A stretch of DNA of 23,166 bases from Dichelobacter nodosus (GTDB lineage: Bacteria > Pseudomonadota > Gammaproteobacteria > Beggiatoales > Beggiatoaceae). Position 1 is the stretch's first letter, and each line of letters begins with the position of its first letter. Both the position numbers and the translations under genes were made by a program. The stretch spans positions 11,922-35,087 of the forward strand of contig DYPE01000004.1 of NCBI GenBank assembly GCA_020720085.1, written 5' to 3'. Below, piece by piece: positions 16,198-23,166 of the stretch. A model generated the notes under the pieces. It worked only from the letters and a program-made list of their open reading frames with translations. It was not told the DNA's origin and searched no databases.

Positions 16198-16959
16198 TCA
16201 CTTGTCTTCTTGGGCGTCGGCCAACAGCATGAGTTTTAGATAACGATAATACGTGGATTCTGCATTGGACACTGCGAGCATGAAGCCTTGCTTGCCATCC
16301 AACAGCCCGAGGCGCAGGAAGTAGGTGCGGATAAACGTCCACAACCCAGCCAGCACCGCCTTGGTCAAGCCGCCGGTTTGGCCTTGGGCCAGGCGTTGCG
16401 CTGCGCCCGCGCTGGAGTAGTGGTTCATTTTTGCCACCACTTCTTCTAGGGTTAAAAAGGAATAATGAATCAACGGTTCCGCCAGGGTTCCCACGTTATG
16501 CCCGTCCGCTACTATCAAGCGTTCATGCACCACATCGTCGCTAAAGCGTGCGGCATCGCGCTGGAACAGCCGGGTGACATAATCGGGCCACCAGCCGCCA
16601 TGGCGCATAAATTTTCCACAATACCACGATTTTCTAGGCATTTTCCAAGCGGCGTAACGTGCGCTGACCATGGCCGCAGCGATGGCTTGGCGTAAAGCGT
16701 CGCTTACTTGTTCATCGGCATCCACTGCCAGCACCCAATCGCCAGTGGCAAAGTCCAGCGCGCGGTTTTTTTGCCGACCAAAGCCGGGCCAGTCCGGCAT
16801 AATGTATACCTTGGCGGTAAATTCCTGGCAAATCGCCACCGTGTCGTCTGTGCTGCCGGAATCTACCACAATAATTTCATCGGCCCATGCCACCGATTGC
16901 AAGCACGCGCGAATGCAGTGGCTTTCGTCGCGGGTGATGACAATGACGGACAGGGACAT
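16198..16959 (-). CDS. Family 2 glycosyltransferase (KdtX/WaaE-like)
   Basis: [39 protein letters not shown]...DWVLAVDADE carries the GT2 DxD/DAD signatures. Its ATG shares one nucleotide with the kinase stop (TAATG). Confidence 0.8.
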   Translation of the reverse strand: MSLSVIVITRDESHCIRACLQSVAWADEIIVVDSGSTDDTVAICQEFTAKVYIMPDWPGFGRQKNRALDFATGDWVLAVDADEQVSDALRQAIAAAMVSARYAAWKMPRKSWYCGKFMRHGGWWPDYVTRLFQRDAARFSDDVVHERLIVADGHNVGTLAEPLIHYSFLTLEEVVAKMNHYSSAGAAQRLAQGQTGGLTKAVLAGLWTFIRTYFLRLGLLDGKQGFMLAVSNAESTYYRYLKLMLLADAQEDK

Positions 16960-19196
16960 TATTCGCGCGCTGCCAAAAATTGTTTAAACGCAGCCAATGT
17001 CGTTGGAATGCCATCCATATCAAATAGCGCGGTTTGCTCCTTTAGCTTTGCCGCCCACGCTTCGAGCGGCGCATAGCCAATGCGGTTGGCGGATTGCATG
17101 GCCAATGTGGCAAAATTTTCCAATTCATTGATACTGGAAGTATCGTCTAGGGCGCGCCATGCGGGTTCTAACACCGTATTGATTTCCTCGCGTGCACGGT
17201 GATCTGGCAATGGGATTACTGTTTCTGCTGCTGGCGGCGGCGCGCTGGCTGGCTGGGGAGGCGGGCTGACGGGCGACTCGCAGGGCAAAAAACGCCGCAT
17301 GAACTCGATTAAATCTGGTTTTTTAACCGGTTTGGGCAAATAGGCATCGCATAATTCCAATACTCGCGGAATTTCTTGCTGATCCAAAGCAGTGACTGCG
17401 ATGATGGGGATGTCCGCTGTATTGCTGTCGCTTTTCAAAATGTGGGTGGCTTCAAGACCGCCCATCAGAGGCATCTTCATGTCCATCAGTACCAGCGCGG
17501 GATGGTATTTGCGCGCCAACGTCACCGCTTCCTGGCCGTTGGTGGCTTCCAAAATGGACAATGGCTGGGAAGCCAAGAAGCCGCGCAACAGTTTACGGTT
17601 CAACGGCTCATCATCCGCCACCAGAATGGTGGCTGGAACGAATACCGTGTCTAAGCGCGGTTTGGCAGCGGTCAAGCGCGCTTGCACGCGCGTGGACGGC
17701 AACAAGGCCGGTAGGCGGAGAGTAAATGTACTCCCTTTATGTTCTTCGCTTTCCAAGGAAATCGAGCCGCGCATCAGTTCCACCAGCCGCCGGGTAATGG
17801 CCAAGCCTAGACCGGAACCGCCATAAGTGGCGTGATCCTGGTCACTACGTTGCTCAAACGCGCCAAAGATACGCTCAAATTCGCTGGCAGGAATGCCGAT
17901 GCCCGTGTCGCGCACGCGCACTTCTAATACGCCAGGTTCTTCTGCATACGGTGCTGAAGCCGATGCGGGCAAGTAGCGCGCCAACAGTTCGATATGGCCG
18001 TGTTCGGTGAATTTGACCGCATTGCCCACAACATTGAGGAGAATTTGGCGCAAACGGACACCATCCAACAGCAACGACGGCGGCACGTTATCGTCTATGC
18101 TGATGTGCAATTGTAGGCCCTTGGCGCGCACGCGAAAGTCAAAAATGTGCCGCAGCTCTTCACATAAACGCGAAAATTGTGTTTCTGTGGTCTGAATTTT
18201 GAGTTTGCCTGCTTCAACTTTAGATAAGTCGAGCAAGTCATTCATTAACCGCAGTAACGCCTCGCCGCTGTTAATAATTGCGGACAGGTAATCACGCTGG
18301 TGGGGATGGGTAATTTGCGTGCGCAGAATTTCCGCAAAACCTAAAATGGCGTTCATTGGCGTGCGGATTTCGTGGCTGATAATTGCCAAAAATCGGCTTT
18401 TAATCTGGCTAGCCTCTTCGGATTCTGCCTTGGCCGCTTCCAGACGCAAATCGCGTTGTTGAATCAAGGCCAGCATTTCATTAAAGCGGGTAATCAACCG
18501 GCTGAGTTCTTCGCAGCCTTGCTCATTGGCGCGCACGTTGTAATCCTGTTCGCTAGATACGCGCCCCATGGTTTCCAGTAAGTGGTACATGGGCTGGGTG
18601 ATTTTTTTCTGCAAGGCGAAGCCCATGGCCAGAGCCGCTGCAAGGGAAGCCACAGCGGCCATCAGGGCTAATCCCCAGTAAAGATATAAGCGCTGGTAAT
18701 GGTTGCTCATGTCCATGCGCAAAAAAAGAGTACCTACGGTTTTAACATCCTGCTTAATAGAAAGCGCTAATTCATATACGCCGTGGTGGAAGCGGCTTTC
18801 ACCCTGGCGTATTTCCCAGTTTTCTATCCCCAATGCGGCCTGCTGTTCCCCGGCAATTGAGCAATAGGTGGCAAAAGGCAGGTTATCTTGGCCATAAATT
18901 TCCGCACGCAATACATCCCGCGCGTACTTCAGCGCTTTTAGAATTTCATTGCCACCGCTGGGGTCTTTGAACATCACCGCTGCGGCTGCGGGGTGGCCGA
19001 TGATCGAAACAATGGTTTTGCTTCGTTCTATTACGGCTTGCCGCGTCAGTGCATACTCGTAGTAGCTGACGAAGCTTAAAATAAACAATACAGCTAACCC
19101 AGTGGTCGCCAGGGTAATGCGCATCAATTGATATTTGATGCTATTCCAAAATTGGGTTGGCGGCTGCGGCCTTTGATCCACGGTGGAATTTGGCAT
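16959..19196 (-). CDS. Hybrid sensor histidine kinase / response regulator (TM - periplasmic sensor - TM/HAMP - HisKA - HATPase_c - REC - C-terminal Hpt-like domain)
   Basis: H-box [20 protein letters not shown] boxes NAVKFT...DTGIGI...GGSGLGLAI. Receiver [14 protein letters not shown]...[16 protein letters not shown]...PIIAVTA. Two hydrophobic segments bracket a ~150-aa periplasmic region. The C-terminal ~110 aa resemble an Hpt domain, but with Gln where the phospho-His is expected ([11 protein letters not shown]), which is an inference. Confidence 0.85.
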   Translation of the reverse strand: MPNSTVDQRPQPPTQFWNSIKYQLMRITLATTGLAVLFILSFVSYYEYALTRQAVIERSKTIVSIIGHPAAAAVMFKDPSGGNEILKALKYARDVLRAEIYGQDNLPFATYCSIAGEQQAALGIENWEIRQGESRFHHGVYELALSIKQDVKTVGTLFLRMDMSNHYQRLYLYWGLALMAAVASLAAALAMGFALQKKITQPMYHLLETMGRVSSEQDYNVRANEQGCEELSRLITRFNEMLALIQQRDLRLEAAKAESEEASQIKSRFLAIISHEIRTPMNAILGFAEILRTQITHPHQRDYLSAIINSGEALLRLMNDLLDLSKVEAGKLKIQTTETQFSRLCEELRHIFDFRVRAKGLQLHISIDDNVPPSLLLDGVRLRQILLNVVGNAVKFTEHGHIELLARYLPASASAPYAEEPGVLEVRVRDTGIGIPASEFERIFGAFEQRSDQDHATYGGSGLGLAITRRLVELMRGSISLESEEHKGSTFTLRLPALLPSTRVQARLTAAKPRLDTVFVPATILVADDEPLNRKLLRGFLASQPLSILEATNGQEAVTLARKYHPALVLMDMKMPLMGGLEATHILKSDSNTADIPIIAVTALDQQEIPRVLELCDAYLPKPVKKPDLIEFMRRFLPCESPVSPPPQPASAPPPAAETVIPLPDHRAREEINTVLEPAWRALDDTSSINELENFATLAMQSANRIGYAPLEAWAAKLKEQTALFDMDGIPTTLAAFKQFLAARE

Positions 19197-19745
19197 TCAT
19201 GGCGTCCCTTCTGGCGGCTGGGCCAGATTTAATAATTTGTAGCTGAGTTGCAGTCCTGCGCTTTCCGCCTGGTCTTGGTGAATGGCAAAACGCACGTTTT
19301 TTCCTTTCCAGTGCAGCCGTACCATGCCACCTTGGGAAAGGAAACTAGGCGTTTCCGCTACGGTCAGCACTGGCGCGCCTGCGACTTGGTGCAATACCTC
19401 GGCCACCTGGGGTACGGATTGCGCAATAAAGAGTACATGACATTGCGTAAGGTTTGCCTTTGCCGTGGTGCTCAAATAGCGCGCTTGCAATGGCCGTCTG
19501 CGCACGGTTTCATCGCGCAAGGTTTTATCTAGCCAATCGCCAAATGGATTTTCCCCTAACACACAGAGCGTGATAGCTTCGTCCTTATTGGCAAAAGCGT
19601 GTTCTGGCCAGGTAACAAAATGCGTGAAATTAAATAGGTACACGGCCTTGATTTGGTATTCCTGGAGCAGATCGGTGTCTTGTGCACGGGCTGGGTCACC
19701 ACTGAACAGCCACAGCACAGCAATAAAAAAATAGCGCATTTTCAT
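19197..19745 (-). CDS. YfiR-family (DUF4154) periplasmic regulatory protein
   Basis: Signal peptide MKMRYFFIAVLWLFSGDPARA, followed by IKAVYLFNFTHFVTWP, the hallmark DUF4154/YfiR motif. The mature domain is ~160 aa. The kinase starts immediately after its stop (TGA then ATG), and its own ATG overlaps the TonB-receptor stop (TAATG). Confidence 0.7.
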   Translation of the reverse strand: MKMRYFFIAVLWLFSGDPARAQDTDLLQEYQIKAVYLFNFTHFVTWPEHAFANKDEAITLCVLGENPFGDWLDKTLRDETVRRRPLQARYLSTTAKANLTQCHVLFIAQSVPQVAEVLHQVAGAPVLTVAETPSFLSQGGMVRLHWKGKNVRFAIHQDQAESAGLQLSYKLLNLAQPPEGTP

Positions 19746-21913
19746 TAGGGTATCCGATAGCGAAGTTCTATTCGCACCGCACGTCCAGCCATGGGGTAGT
19801 CTCCTGGCACCGCGAGAAATCCTGCTCGATTAAGTCCAGGCGAGGGTTCAGCATAATCCGTATCCAGGATATTTTGCACCGTGAGTCCAGCCTCCCAGCG
19901 GTGGCCTAATTTTTTATGGACTATCAAATCAAATAGGGTGTATTCCGCCACTGGCGGGCGCGGATCAGTGAATTCGCGGCCTCGCTCGCCCACTTGGCGC
20001 GCTTGCACGCTCCATTGCCAATCCGGCGTAGGATTCCACACGCTGCGTGCTGCCATTTGGTAGTGCGGCACCATGGGCGCTAGCCTGCCCGATGGCTCGA
20101 GCCGCGCCCATTGTCCAGCAATGTGATACGCCAGCTTAAATTGCTTCGACTGCCGCCATTCGACTTCTATTTCGCCGCCCGGAATGTCCTGCGCGTCGCC
20201 ATTGATGACTTGTATTGAAGCCCCCGGGCCAGCGTCGGTCATGATGGCGTCGCGCCATTGCGAGTAAAAAATACTGGCAGCAAGGCGCACAGCGCTGTGG
20301 GGTCGCCACTCCAGGGCCGCTTCCCAAGTGCGCATGGTTTCTGGTTGCAAATCTGGGTTGCCTAAGAAAGAAGGGTTATTGCGGGCATACAACTCTTCCC
20401 AATTCGGTGGGCGAAACGCCTCGCCATACAAGAATTTAGCATTAACGCTGGCAGTGGGCGACCACACCAACGCCAGCCGTGGGTTCCATACCGCGCTACG
20501 TTCTTGATCGCTTTGCCATGGCGCAGAAAAGTACGTGTCATAGCGCAGACCCAAGGTCAACTCCACTGTGTCGCTCAGTTGCCAGACATCCTGCGCGTAA
20601 ACATAGCCCAGATGGCGGGTTCCCCTGGGCAAAAAGGCGTATTCGCTGTCGCTTAAATCCGTGACTGGCGCGCCAGCAGGTAGAAGACCGAACGGCGTCT
20701 GCCCAAAATTGCGCTGGTCGTGGACATACTGAATATTGGCATATTCATAGCCCATGCCCAGCCGCCAATGGTGGCGATCCAGCCCACGATAGCTCAGCGT
20801 GGTCTCAGCGCGGACAAGCCTCTGATCCGTACCGATATTGGCAATGACTCCATCGGGATACGCACCCTCGCCAGGCAAACGTGCGCCTTGGGGAGACAGC
20901 CGCTGATTTTCACTTTGATACCCCTGATATTGCGCGAATAGGGCAGCAGACCCGCGCCAATCGTCATCCAGCACCCAATCTTGCGCCTGCAAGTTGGCGT
21001 ACCAGCGATCCGTGTTTAAACGGCCTTCTGGGTCTAGGCTATAGCCATAGCCCAGCGCGGTGCGTACCTCACGACGGCCTTGATACGCCAAGCCAGCGCG
21101 CAGAAAATTGCGCCCTGGCTCGCCTCGGGTGGCATCCAAGCGTATATCCGCATCCTGATAGCCCTGTGGCAACGCGCTGGGCGCGCGCGAGGCGCGCGAG
21201 GCGGTGAGGTCGTCGTAAAAAGATTGTTGATCGCGCTCCACCAGGCCACCATCGCCCGCGCGAGCAGCATAATCCACCATGGTCATAAGGTTCCAACCGT
21301 TACCAAGCGGCTGGCCATGGTGCAGCCAAGCGCCATGCTGCTCGAAATTACCAGCGCGCACGCCTGCTTCGGTGGTGGGCGCATTGCCGTGCGCAGTTTT
21401 GGTGGTAATGCTGATAACGCCCGCCACCGCGTCCGCGCCATACAGCGTCGAACCTGGGCCACGGATGACCTCAATCCGTTCGATTTGTTCAATCGGCACC
21501 CCATTCCACGCCACGCCCTGGTTCCCGCCCACCAGCGACGCAATGGGCGCGCCATTGAGCAATATCAGGGTTTGCGCGTTGGCAGCCGAAAATACGCCGC
21601 GAATGACATAAATATCCTTGTACAACGTGTTGGTGGAAATATGAATGCCTGGCACCGAAGCCAGCGCGTCGCGCACATGGCCAGCGCCCATTTCCACCAA
21701 ATCCTGCCGAGTCAGTACCGTGGCCACGGCGGGCGCTTTATTCACGGGCGTGGGAATGCCGCTGGGCAGGGTCGCTTTTTCCACTGGCAATTCCACCAAC
21801 TCACCAAAGTCCAGGTCTTTTAATTTTTTCAAAACATTGTCTTCATCTGCCCAAACAGGCAAGAATGCGCTGGCCACCAGCACAACCAATGCAAATGGAA
21901 AAAAACGTGTCAT
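19745..21913 (-). CDS. TonB-dependent outer-membrane receptor
   Basis: Signal peptide MTRFFPFALVVLVASAFLPVWA. Plug-domain motifs (VIRGP.S.LYG..A..GVI.I.T). A long beta-barrel region with repeated aromatic-x-aromatic patterns. The ORF track extends to 22000; ATG 21913 gives the canonical signal peptide. The C-terminus (...RYRIP) lacks the usual terminal Phe/Trp. Confidence 0.85.
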   Translation of the reverse strand: MTRFFPFALVVLVASAFLPVWADEDNVLKKLKDLDFGELVELPVEKATLPSGIPTPVNKAPAVATVLTRQDLVEMGAGHVRDALASVPGIHISTNTLYKDIYVIRGVFSAANAQTLILLNGAPIASLVGGNQGVAWNGVPIEQIERIEVIRGPGSTLYGADAVAGVISITTKTAHGNAPTTEAGVRAGNFEQHGAWLHHGQPLGNGWNLMTMVDYAARAGDGGLVERDQQSFYDDLTASRASRAPSALPQGYQDADIRLDATRGEPGRNFLRAGLAYQGRREVRTALGYGYSLDPEGRLNTDRWYANLQAQDWVLDDDWRGSAALFAQYQGYQSENQRLSPQGARLPGEGAYPDGVIANIGTDQRLVRAETTLSYRGLDRHHWRLGMGYEYANIQYVHDQRNFGQTPFGLLPAGAPVTDLSDSEYAFLPRGTRHLGYVYAQDVWQLSDTVELTLGLRYDTYFSAPWQSDQERSAVWNPRLALVWSPTASVNAKFLYGEAFRPPNWEELYARNNPSFLGNPDLQPETMRTWEAALEWRPHSAVRLAASIFYSQWRDAIMTDAGPGASIQVINGDAQDIPGGEIEVEWRQSKQFKLAYHIAGQWARLEPSGRLAPMVPHYQMAARSVWNPTPDWQWSVQARQVGERGREFTDPRPPVAEYTLFDLIVHKKLGHRWEAGLTVQNILDTDYAEPSPGLNRAGFLAVPGDYPMAGRAVRIELRYRIP

Positions 21914-22129
21914 GAAATGAAACTCGTCAAAAGGATACGTTATACTTAACGCCAGCGTTATAAAGGGTTGTGCGCATGAAAAATCTGGCGCATTCAACAC
22001 ATCTGCCTTTAGGTATGCACATGCTGGTTTGCATTTTAGCAGGATTTAGCCTAGCGCGGGATTACTCCTATACGGTTACTAAGCACAAGCCAGTGCCCTC
22101 TTTAGCAATGAACCCAACCCACAGTCATC

Positions 22130-23166
22130 ATGCGTTGTTTGATTAAAACGATAATCCGCTCCGGCGGAGGCAGCAAAGTGTACCGCGAACAACGGGTCAG
22201 CGTGGACACGCTGGCGTTGGGGCGCGGCGCAGATCAAACGATGTTTTTGCCAGATGCTGGCATAGCCAGGAGCACTGGCGTAGCCAGGAGCACTGGCGTA
22301 GCCAGGAACGCTGGCGTAGCCCGCGTTCCGGGCACGATTGCACAAGCCAGCAACGGCGGTTATTTGTTTCAAGCGCCGCACGGAGTAGGTGCCCGCGTCA
22401 ATGGCCGCATGACGCGGGCCGCCTTGCTCAAGACCGGCGATATTATTGAGTTGGATCGCTTGCGCATAACGCTGTTGGCGTGCAAGCGTGCGGCGGGGGC
22501 GGATGAGGACGCATTAATCCTGGAAATAGAAGAAGTCACGCCGCCACGTGCGCCGGAATTCCCTTTGCCCGCCGCACCGGGCCATGCCCGTACCCGGAAC
22601 ACGGGCGTTGTTCCGGGCTACGCCCGCATTCCGGGCTACGCCCGCGTTCCGGGCTACGCATGGTTTACACAGCGACGTAGCGCCTGGCTTTTGTTTTTAT
22701 TTATTATTTTTGCATTTTTACTGGTTCCGTTATTCAGCGTGTATTGCCAAAATTGCTATCAGCCCTGGCAAGAACGCCTGCAAACCTGGTTGTACCCCGA
22801 GGGTGATGGCACGCTGGCACTGCCCTGGCTGCTGTCGGACAAATTTTGGAATTCTGGCGAACTGGCGTCTGCCCATCATTTTTTTCAACACGATTGTAGC
22901 GCTTGCCACCAGCAGCCATTCGCACCCGTGACCGACGAAGCGTGTACCAATTGCCACCGCACCACCCATCCGCATGTGGATCCGTATTATTTTGCCGTAG
23001 ACTTTCTCATCACCACCCGCTGCGCCGAATGCCATGCCGAACACAATGGTCGCGCTGCCTTGGTGAACCGCGACGATAGGCTATGTAGCCAATGCCACCG
23101 CGATTTGGCGCGCCATTCGATTTTAACCACAGTGGAGGATGCCGCTGATTTCGGTGAGGATCATCC
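22130..23166 (+). CDS. FHA domain - hexapeptide repeat linker - single transmembrane helix - multiheme cytochrome c domain (at least four CxxCH); 3' end outside the window
   Basis: Manual translation of frame 2, which is open to the window edge and therefore absent from the ORF track. MRCLIKTIIRSGGGSKVYREQRVSVDTLALGRGADQTMFLPDAGIA-[RSTGVA]x3-...GARVNGRMTRAALLKTGDIIELDRL is an FHA domain. It is followed by the repeats VPGYAR IPGYAR VPGYA, the transmembrane helix AWLLFLFIIFAFLLVPLF, and then CSACH, CTNCH, CAECH and CSQCH within ~90 aa. Confidence 0.6.
   Translation, partial: MRCLIKTIIRSGGGSKVYREQRVSVDTLALGRGADQTMFLPDAGIARSTGVARSTGVARNAGVARVPGTIAQASNGGYLFQAPHGVGARVNGRMTRAALLKTGDIIELDRLRITLLACKRAAGADEDALILEIEEVTPPRAPEFPLPAAPGHARTRNTGVVPGYARIPGYARVPGYAWFTQRRSAWLLFLFIIFAFLLVPLFSVYCQNCYQPWQERLQTWLYPEGDGTLALPWLLSDKFWNSGELASAHHFFQHDCSACHQQPFAPVTDEACTNCHRTTHPHVDPYYFAVDFLITTRCAECHAEHNGRAALVNRDDRLCSQCHRDLARHSILTTVEDAADFGEDH
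22262..22333 (+). repeat. 18-bp tandem repeat (3 near-perfect units plus 1 degenerate; gtagccaggagcactggc) lying in-frame inside the FHA domain
   Basis: Read directly from the sequence. It encodes the (A)RSTGV hexapeptide repeats. Confidence 0.85.
22595..22659 (+). repeat. 18-bp tandem repeat (ccgggctacgcccgcRtt, ~3.5 units) lying in-frame in the cytoplasmic linker of the FHA-cytochrome gene
   Basis: Read directly from the sequence. It encodes (V/I)PGYAR repeats. The unit is nearly identical to the acgcccgtgttccgggc repeats at window positions 1-36. Confidence 0.85.

Noticed and set aside
21914-22000. Longer TonB-receptor start at 22000 (MLNAPDFSC...)
   Set aside because: The extension lacks signal-peptide character, whereas ATG 21913 gives a textbook signal peptide (MTRFFPFALVVLVASAFLPVWA). 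The shorter start was adopted.
22001-22129. Fur box or other iron-regulatory operator in the divergent TonB-receptor / FHA-cytochrome promoter region
   Set aside because: No 19-bp GATAATGATAATCATTATC-like match. Only weak partial palindromes (tgcgcatg...gcgcat), which are insufficient to call.
22262-22659. Possible CRISPR array (regular 18-bp repeats)
   Set aside because: The units are directly abutting with no spacers, 18 bp is too short, and they are in-frame inside a CDS. This is a coding tandem repeat, not CRISPR.
22079-22931. Track ORFs 22079-22381 (-), 22369-22602 (-) and 22548-22931 (+)
   Set aside because: These are alternative-frame and antisense reads of the 18-bp repeat arrays (PGYASA / FRATPA artefacts). 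Frame 2 on the plus strand gives the coherent FHA-TM-CxxCH protein and is open to the window end.
1-23166. Whether the window is a circular element whose ends join (shared repeat at both edges)
   Set aside because: Joining position 23166 to position 1 continues the cytochrome ORF into frame 2 of the left edge. That frame terminates quickly and is not the frame carrying the plausible C-terminal tail. Paralogous repeats are the simpler explanation.

Overview
This 23.2-kb window comes from a proteobacterial chromosome. Local GC composition is patchy, as estimated by eye: about 40-52% in the left 10 kb and about 60% in the gcv/mltF core. The window appears to hold an accessory left part (1-10.2 kb) followed by conserved housekeeping genes.

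Genes, from left to right:
- The C-terminal end of a protein with hexapeptide repeats.
- A flotillin/SPFH (YqiK-like) gene.
- An AT-rich intergenic region carrying a 196-bp MITE-like element.
- A four-gene plus-strand cassette: a hypothetical protein with a Pro-rich linker, a CvnD/MglA-like small GTPase, a Roadblock/LC7 (MglB-like) protein, and a two-domain protein with a PPP-like metallophosphoesterase C-terminus.
- A roughly 3.5-kb islet bounded by 52-bp direct repeats. It carries a small membrane protein, a BrnT/BrnA toxin-antitoxin pair, a decayed cysteine-desulfurase pseudogene with an in-frame MITE, a hypothetical protein coupled to a SAM methyltransferase, and an exported DsrE-like protein.
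- An OsmC/Ohr gene, an elongator tRNA-Met, and gcvT-gcvH-gcvPA with no gcvPB.
- A convergent mltF.
- A tightly coupled minus-strand operon of TonB-dependent receptor, YfiR-like DUF4154 protein, hybrid sensor kinase and GT2 glycosyltransferase.
- At the 3' edge, an unusual open-ended gene encoding an N-terminal FHA domain, 18-bp in-frame tandem repeats, one transmembrane helix and a multi-CxxCH cytochrome c domain.

An 18-bp repeat family recurs at both window ends and in other intergenic spots.

The strongest candidates for an undescribed system are the GTPase-Roadblock-phosphatase cassette and the FHA-transmembrane-multiheme cytochrome fusion.
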